Origin: Nanobdellati archaeon
Lineage (GTDB): Archaea; EX4484-52; GLR71
Assembly (NCBI GenBank): GCA_019429125.1
Contig: JAHYJO010000001.1
Span: 84,176 to 148,175, forward strand
DNA: 64,000 nt
Direction: 5' to 3'
In this document: positions 18,894-26,978 of the stretch, piece after piece
Layout: each line of letters starts with the position of its first letter
How positions within the stretch are numbered: position 1 is the first letter of the stretch
Notes under the pieces: model-generated
Told to the model about the DNA's origin: nothing
Databases searched by the model: none
What the model saw: the letters and a program-made list of their open reading frames with translations, nothing else
Position numbers and translations under genes: made by a program

Positions 18894-20033
18894 ATGGATA
18901 AAATAAAGGCAAAATTGAAGCAGATGCCATCTGATTTTGTTGTGAAAGAGATATTACCTGATAAGCGCATTCTTGATATTAATACCCAATTTGATTATCC
19001 AAATGAGGGAAATACTTTACATTGTATACTTAAAAAAGAGGATTTTGATCAGTTCCGCGCTGTAGGCATCATTGCATCTGAATTGGGAATTGCTTCAAAA
19101 GATGTTGCTATATGTGGAACAAAGGATAAGATAGCGCATACAACACAGAGAGTGTCTATTAAAGGGTGTAAGAGTGTTGATATAGATAAACTTGTGTTGG
19201 GCGACATAAGTATTAAATATCTTGGCAGAGGGCCTGAATTGCGCATTGGTGAGCTTTACGGCAATCACTTTGAGATTGTTTTGAGAGGCATTGATATAGA
19301 TAAAGAGGAACTCTCAAAATATCTTCAAAAAATAAAAGACAATCCTAAATTTCCCAATCATTTCGGTGAGCAGAGGTTTGGGTCTATAAGACCTATATCA
19401 CACATTGTAGGAAAACATGTAATTCTTGGTGATTTTAAGGGTGCTGTGCTTGATTATATCTGTCTTTGCTTTCCTCGGGAGTCTGAAATGATACAAAAAG
19501 CCAGAATTAAGGCAAAGAGTGACATTAAGGCTGCTCTTGAACTGTTTCCTAAGTCTTCATATTATGAGCGGGTGATGATGTCTCATCTGATTGAGAAACC
19601 AGAGGATTATCGTGGTGCCTTTTTTAGGTTGCCACCCAATCTTCAGAAACTTATGGTGCACGCTTATCAGTCATATCTTTTTAATAGGATTTTAGATAAA
19701 GTAATAGCTTCAGGTTTTGGTAATCGTATGCTTGAGATACCTCTGTTCGGGTTTGGGATGAACATACCAAAAGATCCTAAATTAGTTGCTATAATGCGCG
19801 AGGTCCTTAAGGCAGAGAATATTAGTCTTGGTAATTTTAGGGATGATTCTTCAAGACAATTGGGGTCAAAAGGTGGTCGCAGAAAGGCATTTCAGACTGC
19901 AGAACAATTTAAGGTTGTAGAAATCGGTGACGATGAACTTAATTTAGGAAAAATAAAATGTAAAATATCTTTCTCGCTTCGTAAAGGGACATATGCAACT
20001 GTTTTTTTAGGTAATAATTTTGACTTGTCTTGA
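18894..20033 (+). CDS. truD: tRNA pseudouridine(13) synthase
   Basis: 'PSDFVVKE', catalytic 'GTKDKIAHTTQ', 'GNHFEIVLR', 'NHFGEQRFG', 'FSLRKGTYAT'. Confidence 0.93.
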   Translation: MDKIKAKLKQMPSDFVVKEILPDKRILDINTQFDYPNEGNTLHCILKKEDFDQFRAVGIIASELGIASKDVAICGTKDKIAHTTQRVSIKGCKSVDIDKLVLGDISIKYLGRGPELRIGELYGNHFEIVLRGIDIDKEELSKYLQKIKDNPKFPNHFGEQRFGSIRPISHIVGKHVILGDFKGAVLDYICLCFPRESEMIQKARIKAKSDIKAALELFPKSSYYERVMMSHLIEKPEDYRGAFFRLPPNLQKLMVHAYQSYLFNRILDKVIASGFGNRMLEIPLFGFGMNIPKDPKLVAIMREVLKAENISLGNFRDDSSRQLGSKGGRRKAFQTAEQFKVVEIGDDELNLGKIKCKISFSLRKGTYATVFLGNNFDLS

Positions 20034-20036
20034 AAT

Positions 20037-20471
20037 TTATTTGTTTGCTCTAATTATCCATGCTGTATATGTTTCATTGTTGCCTAAATCACAGTCACAT
20101 CTGCAGTGTTTTTCGGTATTTGCATCTATGAACGGGTCAAGGTCAGTCGGTTTTTCTGATGGGTAGCATGAACAGTCATAGTTTAAGTCAGGGTGGTTTT
20201 GTATTGCAAGACATTGTTCTTTTGCAAAACTATTGTTGTAGCTTGTAAACATTATCCAGCCAGTACCAAGTATAAGTATAATAAATATCGTAATGACTAT
20301 GGTTTTTGTAAAGTCTTTTTTTGGTATTTCGTCTTTTTGAGAAGTCTTGTTTTTTGTATCTGTCTCTTTAGTCTCAATTACTTTTTTATTGATATCTTTT
20401 TTTTGAGTATTTTTAAGTTTATTATCATTATCTTCAATTTCTTTTTCGGTGGTATCTTTTTCCCCCATCAT
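20037..20471 (-). CDS. hypothetical single-pass membrane protein with a Cys-rich extracellular tail
   Basis: Lys-rich N-terminus, one TM helix, and six Cys in the C-terminal domain. Confidence 0.7.
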   Translation of the reverse strand: MMGEKDTTEKEIEDNDNKLKNTQKKDINKKVIETKETDTKNKTSQKDEIPKKDFTKTIVITIFIILILGTGWIMFTSYNNSFAKEQCLAIQNHPDLNYDCSCYPSEKPTDLDPFIDANTEKHCRCDCDLGNNETYTAWIIRANK

Positions 20472-20509
20472 GTATCACATAAAATATTGTAAGTATATAA
20501 GTATTTGGT

Positions 20510-21211
20510 TTATTGGTATATATTAAAGATGGTCTCAAGTTCGTCTTTTTCGACAAAACCTTTTCTTATAGTGTCAAAATTGATTATCATTGCTGGTAAA
20601 TTATCTATATCTATATTGTAGCTATTACGTATTGTGCTTATCAATGGGTCTTTATCATATTCACCGTCTATTGATAGAACTACAAGTTTTCCGTGTTTTT
20701 TGTATCCGTTTTCTTGTTTTGTGTCATCATTGTATTTTTTTACAAATTCGTCAAGTATGTATCCTTGTATTTCTGAAGTTTTATCATCTATCTTGTAAAA
20801 ATACAGTATAGGTGTATACTCATCTTTGCATGAATCCTGATAGTTGTGTATATGATTATAAAATTTTATTTCCATCAGGAAATATCTGCGTTTCAGGTAT
20901 TCAAATTCTGTTTTTTTGAAATCAGATGCACTACCGTATCGTTGCAGTTCACGGCCAGTCTCGCCAAGGTCTTTACTTATCATTTCTATTCTAGGGGTTA
21001 GTATCTTACAATCTATGTTTCCTATGTTTTCTAAAAATATCCATTCTATATTATAGCTTTCACTGTTTAGTTCATTGTCTTTTATTATGTTTAATACTTC
21101 ATTAGTCCTGTAATTGTCAAGAACCCAACCTATCATGATACCGCTTGTGAAGATGACTATTGCTGCTATAAGGCTTGTTATAAATATGTGTTTTATGTAT
21201 TGTTCTTTCAT
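20510..21211 (-). CDS. conserved membrane-anchored hypothetical protein (thioredoxin-like C-terminus)
   Basis: N-terminal TM helix, 'LKRRYFLMEIKF', 'ILYFY...SEIQGYILD', 'LPAMIIN'; directly downstream of the GT2 gene. Confidence 0.75.
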   Translation of the reverse strand: MKEQYIKHIFITSLIAAIVIFTSGIMIGWVLDNYRTNEVLNIIKDNELNSESYNIEWIFLENIGNIDCKILTPRIEMISKDLGETGRELQRYGSASDFKKTEFEYLKRRYFLMEIKFYNHIHNYQDSCKDEYTPILYFYKIDDKTSEIQGYILDEFVKKYNDDTKQENGYKKHGKLVVLSIDGEYDKDPLISTIRNSYNIDIDNLPAMIINFDTIRKGFVEKDELETIFNIYQ

Positions 21212-21267
21212 TTAAAGTCCTCTGTTTTTGATTATGATATTAATTTCATCAGATATATTTAAAAATG

Positions 21268-22515
21268 CTACCATACTCGTTTTGATTTGCGTAATTCAAG
21301 AATTAAGGAACATATCCAGCTTAGAGTTACAATCCATGAATATACGGTGAGGAATAGTAAAAATGCTATTATAGATTTAGGGGATAAATCTATTTTATTT
21401 TCTATAAGTTTGTGTGCTTTATACATCATGTATAATCCAATTGCTGTTATTATTAATAGTGGTATTGTTATCTTAAAATTTATGGTCAATAATGTTTGTT
21501 TTATTGTGAGTATATCTATTAGATTAAGTATTGAGGTCTCTGCAATTATTGTTCGTTGATATATGTATTTTAACCAAGTAAATATGCCATTAAAGACAAT
21601 TGTTGTGGTTAAGAATACTATAAATATTCCTAGTATATTAAGGGGTAGCATGAATAGTCCTAAGAGCCCGAATTCTTTGTTTAAATGCATGTGTTTGTAT
21701 TTTCGTGCATTATATATGTAACCTCTAAACCATCTGATTCTTTGACGCATCAATGCTTTAAACGTGTCTGGTGCATTCGTGTGTGTTATGCTTCTAATCT
21801 CAAATGCGATGTGTTTATGTTTGTTGTGGAGGCGTAATGCAATTTCTAGGTCTTCAGTTATGTTGTCAGCTTCATCAAAATAACCTTCAGTTTTGAGGTC
21901 TTCTGTCCTGTATACACTTAAGACACCAGGGGTTACGTACATACAGTTTATGAATGAATATAATGTTCTAAATATTGCTGCATACATGTATTCAAATACT
22001 TGAATTTTTTCAATAATTTTTTTGTGATTTCTAATTAATATACTGCTTGAGCAACCTGATATTTCTTTCTTTCTGAAATGTTGGACAAGGCGTATTACTG
22101 ATTCTTTTTCGATGTATGAATCAGCATCTACACAGGCGAACAATTCTTTTTTTGATCTTTTTAGTGCAACATTTAATGCATGGCCTTTGCCATGATTTTT
22201 TGTGCTTATGACTATTACGCCTTCTTTTTTGTATTTTTTTGCGATTTTTGCAGTGTTGTCTTTTGAGCCGTCATCTATTACAAATATTTCGTATCTGTCT
22301 TTGGGATAGTCTATATTTAATATTGATTCTATTGTTTTTGCTATTGTAGTCTCTTCATTATAGGCTGGGATTGTGAAAGTTATTGAGGGGTAATAGCCTT
22401 TTTTAGGTTTAATACTTTCTTCAATCTCTTTTTTACTTAGAAAAAGTAGATTTATCCAGATGATTGAAATGTATAATCCTATGAATGAAATTATGAGCAT
22501 GACGTATTCAAGCAT
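21268..22515 (-). CDS. processive family 2 glycosyltransferase (PgaC/IcaA/cellulose-synthase-like)
   Basis: PAYNEE, DDGS, DAD, TED and QRIRW motifs; multiple TM helices. Confidence 0.9.
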   Translation of the reverse strand: MLEYVMLIISFIGLYISIIWINLLFLSKKEIEESIKPKKGYYPSITFTIPAYNEETTIAKTIESILNIDYPKDRYEIFVIDDGSKDNTAKIAKKYKKEGVIVISTKNHGKGHALNVALKRSKKELFACVDADSYIEKESVIRLVQHFRKKEISGCSSSILIRNHKKIIEKIQVFEYMYAAIFRTLYSFINCMYVTPGVLSVYRTEDLKTEGYFDEADNITEDLEIALRLHNKHKHIAFEIRSITHTNAPDTFKALMRQRIRWFRGYIYNARKYKHMHLNKEFGLLGLFMLPLNILGIFIVFLTTTIVFNGIFTWLKYIYQRTIIAETSILNLIDILTIKQTLLTINFKITIPLLIITAIGLYMMYKAHKLIENKIDLSPKSIIAFLLFLTVYSWIVTLSWICSLILELRKSKRVW

Positions 22516-22533
22516 ATTGGTTCACTTTTGTTT

Positions 22534-22872
22534 TCAATAAAGTTTTAGATAGCCTGTTATCTTGTCTATCTTTTCATCAGTATCAGGGCCTATGGCAAGT
22601 GCTGTGATTGTTCCTGATGGTACTTCTGTCTTTCCTGCATCGCGTATCAGTGCGGGTTTCATCTTTTCTGCGTTTGCTTTGTTGAATAGGTCTATAATAT
22701 CTTTTTCGCTATCTATTTTTAGGACTACTTTTTTTTGGCCTTGCATTTCCCATATATTTTTGTTTTCTGCTGGTGCTTTCTTGTAGGCTTCAAGGGATGC
22801 GTGGCTCGCTTGGGCTGCCATCTTTCCTTTTCCCATATTCAAATCTTTTCGGATTATGATTGCTTGCTTCAT
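22534..22872 (-). CDS. pth2: peptidyl-tRNA hydrolase Pth2
   Basis: 'RKDLNMGKGKMAAQASHAS', 'GQKKVVLK', 'DAGKTEVPSGTITALAIGP'. Confidence 0.95.
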   Translation of the reverse strand: MKQAIIIRKDLNMGKGKMAAQASHASLEAYKKAPAENKNIWEMQGQKKVVLKIDSEKDIIDLFNKANAEKMKPALIRDAGKTEVPSGTITALAIGPDTDEKIDKITGYLKLY

Positions 22873-22942
22873 AGTATTTATTTTGAAAAACTAACTTTTT
22901 AAATGCTATGTTTATATAGTTATTTTATGTTAATTAATTGGT

Positions 22943-23740
22943 ATGGCTGGTAACTTAAGCAGTTTTATTAATGAGCAGATAGTGTATCCTCTTTTGAATG
23001 ATAATCCTTATTATACACTTGGTGAAACTGTTCTTTATGGGTTGGCATTTCTTTTTTTCGTGTGGTTGGCATCAAAGTTTTTTGAGAAGATGAAGATTGA
23101 TATTGGTCTTAAGTTTTTGGTCGGTTGGTCTGGGTGGATACTTATAATGGCTGGAACACGGGTTTTAAAAGATCAAGGTGTTCTTACCTCTCTTATTTTT
23201 ATTACACCTTTTAATGATGTCTTTTTTGTATCTATTGCATTTTCATTGATGTTTATTCTTAAGATTTTAGAGAAAAAAGGTGTTGTTGACTTTTATTCTG
23301 TTTGGATGCGCTTGCCTTATGTTTTGTTTATTCCAATATTATTCTATCTGTCTTATTCAAATATTATTGGAGGGTTCTATATATTTTTTATATTTTCGGT
23401 GTTTATGAGTTTATTGTATTTGGTGCGCAAGAAGTTTTCATATATATTGTCTTTTGAAAATATGGTTGCGATGGCATCTCATATTCTTGATGCATCTGCT
23501 ACGTTTGTTGCTATGTCTTTTTTTGGTGCTTTTGAGAAACACATAGTGCCTAATATATTTATTGGTACATTTGGCCCTATTGCCATGTTTCCTTTAAAAA
23601 TAATTGTTGTTGGGTTTGTGCTTTATTATATTGATAAAGAAGTTGATAATGATTATGAAAGGCGATTTTTTAAGTTGATGATATTTTCTTTAGGGCTTGG
23701 TCCAGGGCTTCGCGGACTGATACAAGTTATGGGGTACTAA
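22943..23740 (+). CDS. DUF63 family integral membrane protein
   Basis: Multi-TM protein with 'HILDASATF...EKHIVP...LGLGPGLR'. Confidence 0.82.
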   Translation: MAGNLSSFINEQIVYPLLNDNPYYTLGETVLYGLAFLFFVWLASKFFEKMKIDIGLKFLVGWSGWILIMAGTRVLKDQGVLTSLIFITPFNDVFFVSIAFSLMFILKILEKKGVVDFYSVWMRLPYVLFIPILFYLSYSNIIGGFYIFFIFSVFMSLLYLVRKKFSYILSFENMVAMASHILDASATFVAMSFFGAFEKHIVPNIFIGTFGPIAMFPLKIIVVGFVLYYIDKEVDNDYERRFFKLMIFSLGLGPGLRGLIQVMGY

Positions 23741-23742
23741 AT

Positions 23743-23876
23743 ACAGGCTTCAGAATTATGGAACTAAAGTTCCAAGCTTTTAAGTAAGCTGAAAAAGCCC
23801 GGGTATCTTTATGATACGACCTTAACAAAGGTTGACCATGTGAGCGCATTGACTTTCAGTCAACGCACATGTCTGT
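23743..23876. ncRNA. candidate structured non-coding RNA or DNA element
   Basis: Dense nested inverted repeats in a GC-enriched intergenic stretch (see findings); no family recognised. Confidence 0.35.
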
Positions 23877-23929
23877 TTTTTTTGTATGTAATTAGAATAT
23901 GATTTAATTCGTTAAAAATTAAAAAGTAA

Positions 23930-24002
23930 TGGGTCGAGCCAGATTTGAACTGGCGACCTTCGCCTTGTAAGGGCGACGTCATAGCCACTAGACTACCGAC
24001 CC
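23930..24002 (-). tRNA. tRNA-Val(TAC)
   Basis: GGGTCGGTAGTCTAGTGG...TCGCC-CTTACAA-GGCGA...GTTCAAAT...CGACCCA forms a cloverleaf; no intron; CCA is not encoded. Confidence 0.95.
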
Positions 24003-24070
24003 AAAGTAGAAGTGCTAAGTATCTTTTTTTGCGACAACTTTATATGCTTTTATATTTTTGTGGGTAAATT

Positions 24071-24670
24071 ATGGTCATGCTTACTCTTGAACAAGGTGCA
24101 AAGCTTGTAAAATATGCAAGATTGTCGATAAAGGATTATCTGTCTGGCGGTGCGTTAGAAGTTAAAGATTTTTCGTTTGCGCGTGATAAACAGGGTGTAT
24201 TTGTGACTCTCTTGACATATCCCGAAAAGGAGCTTCGCGGGTGTATCGGGTTTCCTGAACCAGTTTTACCCCTATATGACTCTATATCTAAAGCGGCAGT
24301 ATATGCTGCGGTTGATGATCCGCGATTTATTGAATTGTCTTTGGTTGAGTTGGATAAAGTTATTGTTGAAATATCTGTCCTTACGGTTCCTGAAAAGATA
24401 GTGTTGTCTGATACAAAAAGGTATGAGGATAAGATAACAATCGGTAAAGATGGGTTGATAATTCGGCGCGGGAATGTTTCAGGGCTTCTTCTGCCACAGG
24501 TGCCTGTTGAATTTGGCTGGGATAAGAAACAGTTTCTTGCGCAGACTTGTGTCAAGGCAGGGCTTCCTTCTGATTGTTATCTTTTGTCTGGTGTGGGTGT
24601 ATACCGGTTTCAGGCGCAGATATTTTCTGAAGAGAGTCCTTATGGTGTTGTAGTTGAAAAAATACTTTGA
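24071..24670 (+). CDS. amrA: AmmeMemoRadiSam system protein A (AMMECR1 domain)
   Basis: 'GVFVTL...LRGCIG...AAVDDPRF...EISVLT...GLLLPQV...CVKAGL'. Confidence 0.92.
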   Translation: MVMLTLEQGAKLVKYARLSIKDYLSGGALEVKDFSFARDKQGVFVTLLTYPEKELRGCIGFPEPVLPLYDSISKAAVYAAVDDPRFIELSLVELDKVIVEISVLTVPEKIVLSDTKRYEDKITIGKDGLIIRRGNVSGLLLPQVPVEFGWDKKQFLAQTCVKAGLPSDCYLLSGVGVYRFQAQIFSEESPYGVVVEKIL

Positions 24671-24673
24671 TTT

Positions 24674-25809
24674 TTATTGAATTAATACATTATTATAGGG
24701 ATAGTCATAATCACTTCCAGATATATTTATCTTGTTAATCTCATTCAGGTTGTTAAGTCCATTTATCTTTATTAGGCCATCTGATATGGTATATAGAAAA
24801 TCACCAATGTATAATGATCTTTTTATCGAGTATTTTGAGCCATAATAATACCAGTTGTTATTGTCTATATTTTCATCTTCATCTGAGTGGGTGATTCTGT
24901 CTCTTAATTGTATGCCGTTATTTGTGTCAATGTTGAATACGTACGCGCCTTGCCATTTATATTCACCATAAGCCCAACTAGGTATTTCATCTTTATATTG
25001 ACTTTTGTCAATTTCAGCTAAAAGTATTGGTATTACAAGCAGGTTTTTTTCTTTGTCAAACAGGAATGCTTTAGGGTCTTGTAGTGCGTATGAATCTGTG
25101 CCACGGTCACCTATTTCAAATTTAGATATCTCTATTGGGGTATCTATGTATGTCACGTCAAAAAGCGCAATTTTTACTCCTGTATACCATGCAAAGTCGC
25201 CAGTTTTTGATGCTATTGCTTCTTTACCTATTCCGATTATATGATTTTTATCATATGGATGAAGATAGTCTGAGGATCCTGGTATCTTTAATTTTCCTGC
25301 GACTGTCGGTTTTGTTGGGTCTTTAAGGTCTATTACAAATAATGGGTCGACTTTTTTGAATGTGACCATGTATGCTGTGTCACCCATGAACCTTGCTGAG
25401 TATATGCTTTCACCAGGTGCTAAATCTTCTACTTTTCCTATTATATTCATTTTTTCATCAAGGACATATAGGTTGTTTATTGTAGTGGGTAGGGTTGGTC
25501 TTGATTTTACTATCTGTGTCGGTGCTATTTTTTGTGCGATTGCTATTGTTGATTCAGTGTTCGTTTGAGTATCTGTTATTGATGATGTGGATGTCATTTC
25601 TTGTTGACTATTAGATACTACAGTTGCAGTATTTAGAATTGCTGGAACCATTGTTCTTGTCTGTGTTCTAATTCCCATACTCACATTATTTACTCTAACA
25701 GTGGTTCCTATCCTGAAATATTCGTTGTGTTCATCTATCGAAAATTGGTTGAGTGGGGTACCAGGAACTTCTCCCGAATCTTCATAGTTTATATTTCCAT
25801 CCTTTATTC
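24674..25809 (-). pseudogene. 5'-truncated secreted beta-propeller (Beta_propel family) protein
   Basis: The frame stays open past the track start (25684) up to the MITE edge: 'IKDGNINYEDSGEVPGTPLNQFSIDEHNEYFRIGTT', then 'LAPGESIYSARFMGD...VTFKKVDPLFVIDL...GKLKIPGSSDYLHP'. The N-terminal half and signal peptide are missing. Confidence 0.85.
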
Positions 25810-25977
25810 TGCACTGTTCAAAAAGGGAGTGATTTTAAATATTTTTTAAATATTGTTTGTTTATAAACTCTGGCAGAAAACCCTTTAATATATACATTTC
25901 ACGCAGAATTAAAAAAGAAATGAAGGTATTTAATTAACTACATTTTGTTTGAAATCACTCAAAAAATGAACTGTGCC
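25810..25977. mobile_element. MITE copy 2 (no target duplication)
   Basis: (T)GCACTGTTCA...TGAACTGTGCC, homologous to copy 1; the flanks CTTTATTC and GGTTTTGT do not match. Confidence 0.9.
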
Positions 25978-26046
25978 GGTTTTGTTCGGGTGTTATCCCT
26001 AAAGAATTTGGTGATTTTTTGGTTTTTAATTATAAATAAAGGTTAA

Positions 26047-26172
26047 TGCAGGGGAGGGGATTCGAACCCCCGAACTCCTACGAGAGTGGATCTTGAGTCC
26101 ACCGCCTCTTGCCGAATGATACCCCTTAATACATTTAAGGTATGTTCTTTGACCAGGCTGGGCGACCCCTGC
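26047..26172 (-). tRNA. tRNA-Leu(CAA) with a 41-nt intron in the D-loop (about 26108-26148)
   Basis: GCAGGGGTCGCCCAGCCTGGTCAA[intron]AGGCGGTGGACTCAAGATCCAC, long variable arm, GTTCGAATCCCCTCCCCTGCA. Confidence 0.9.
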
Positions 26173-26174
26173 AT

Positions 26175-26864
26175 CTACAAATTTTCAATCTCGGTCTTTA
26201 GTTTTGTAATCTCTGATTGTAAATTGTCAAGGTCTGCGTCAGTTGCTTGGATATTTATGGTTGACGGACTTGAAAATTCTTTTGGAGTTACAAGATTGCT
26301 GTCAATGTTCTCTAGTTTTTCGTCAAATACATTTAACCGTGTTTCTATTTTTTCGACAGCTTCAGATTTAAGCTTTTCGGCTTTGTTTAGAAGAGAAATA
26401 GTTTCAAGCATCTTTTTCATCTCAATACGGGTGTTATGGATATCATCAGTAATCTCTACGTGCCTATCGATTTTTACAAAAAGTGCAGAATTAGCTGCGG
26501 AGGTTGGTGCAGGAGCTCTTTGTGTCGGGACATTTGGTTTCTGTGTCTGTTCAATTGGTTGCTGAGGTCGTGGTTGTTGTGGTATCAGATTTGATTGGGT
26601 TGGGTGAGTATGGTCCATATTCATGTTTTGTGCAAATGCTTGTGGTCTTGGTTGTGGGGGGATGTTTGATTGTGGTAATATAGACTTTGGCTGTATAGGT
26701 GGTATAGTTGTTTGTGCTCTTGGCATTTCTGGTTGTCTTTCCGGATTTTGCATATATTGTGCCTGTCCTGTTGATGTAAGTGGCTGATTTATAGGAGCAT
26801 GACTGTGATCAAAATCTATTCCTATTGCCTTTTTTAGCCTTTCAATATTTTCGTTTGAAACCAT
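26175..26864 (-). CDS. hypothetical protein with a Pro/Gln-rich N-half and coiled-coil C-half
   Basis: 229-aa ORF with a GGTGA RBS; 'LFVKIDRH' precedes the coiled coil. Confidence 0.78.
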   Translation of the reverse strand: MVSNENIERLKKAIGIDFDHSHAPINQPLTSTGQAQYMQNPERQPEMPRAQTTIPPIQPKSILPQSNIPPQPRPQAFAQNMNMDHTHPTQSNLIPQQPRPQQPIEQTQKPNVPTQRAPAPTSAANSALFVKIDRHVEITDDIHNTRIEMKKMLETISLLNKAEKLKSEAVEKIETRLNVFDEKLENIDSNLVTPKEFSSPSTINIQATDADLDNLQSEITKLKTEIENL

Positions 26865-26978
26865 AAGTTCACCTTTTATTATCTTATTTATGTTTTGCTT
26901 ATATATATCTTTAATCTTTGTGCGGTTTTTATGTGCATCTGATTCAACTTATTAATATATCATTGAATAATTAATCAT

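Noticed and set aside
6614-24670. AmmeMemoRadiSam genes as a novel system
   Set aside because: This is a known, widespread family; amrS and amrA are unlinked here and amrB is not in the window.
26086-26565. 159-aa plus-strand ORF
   Set aside because: It is antisense to tRNA-Leu and the 26175 CDS; a shadow ORF.
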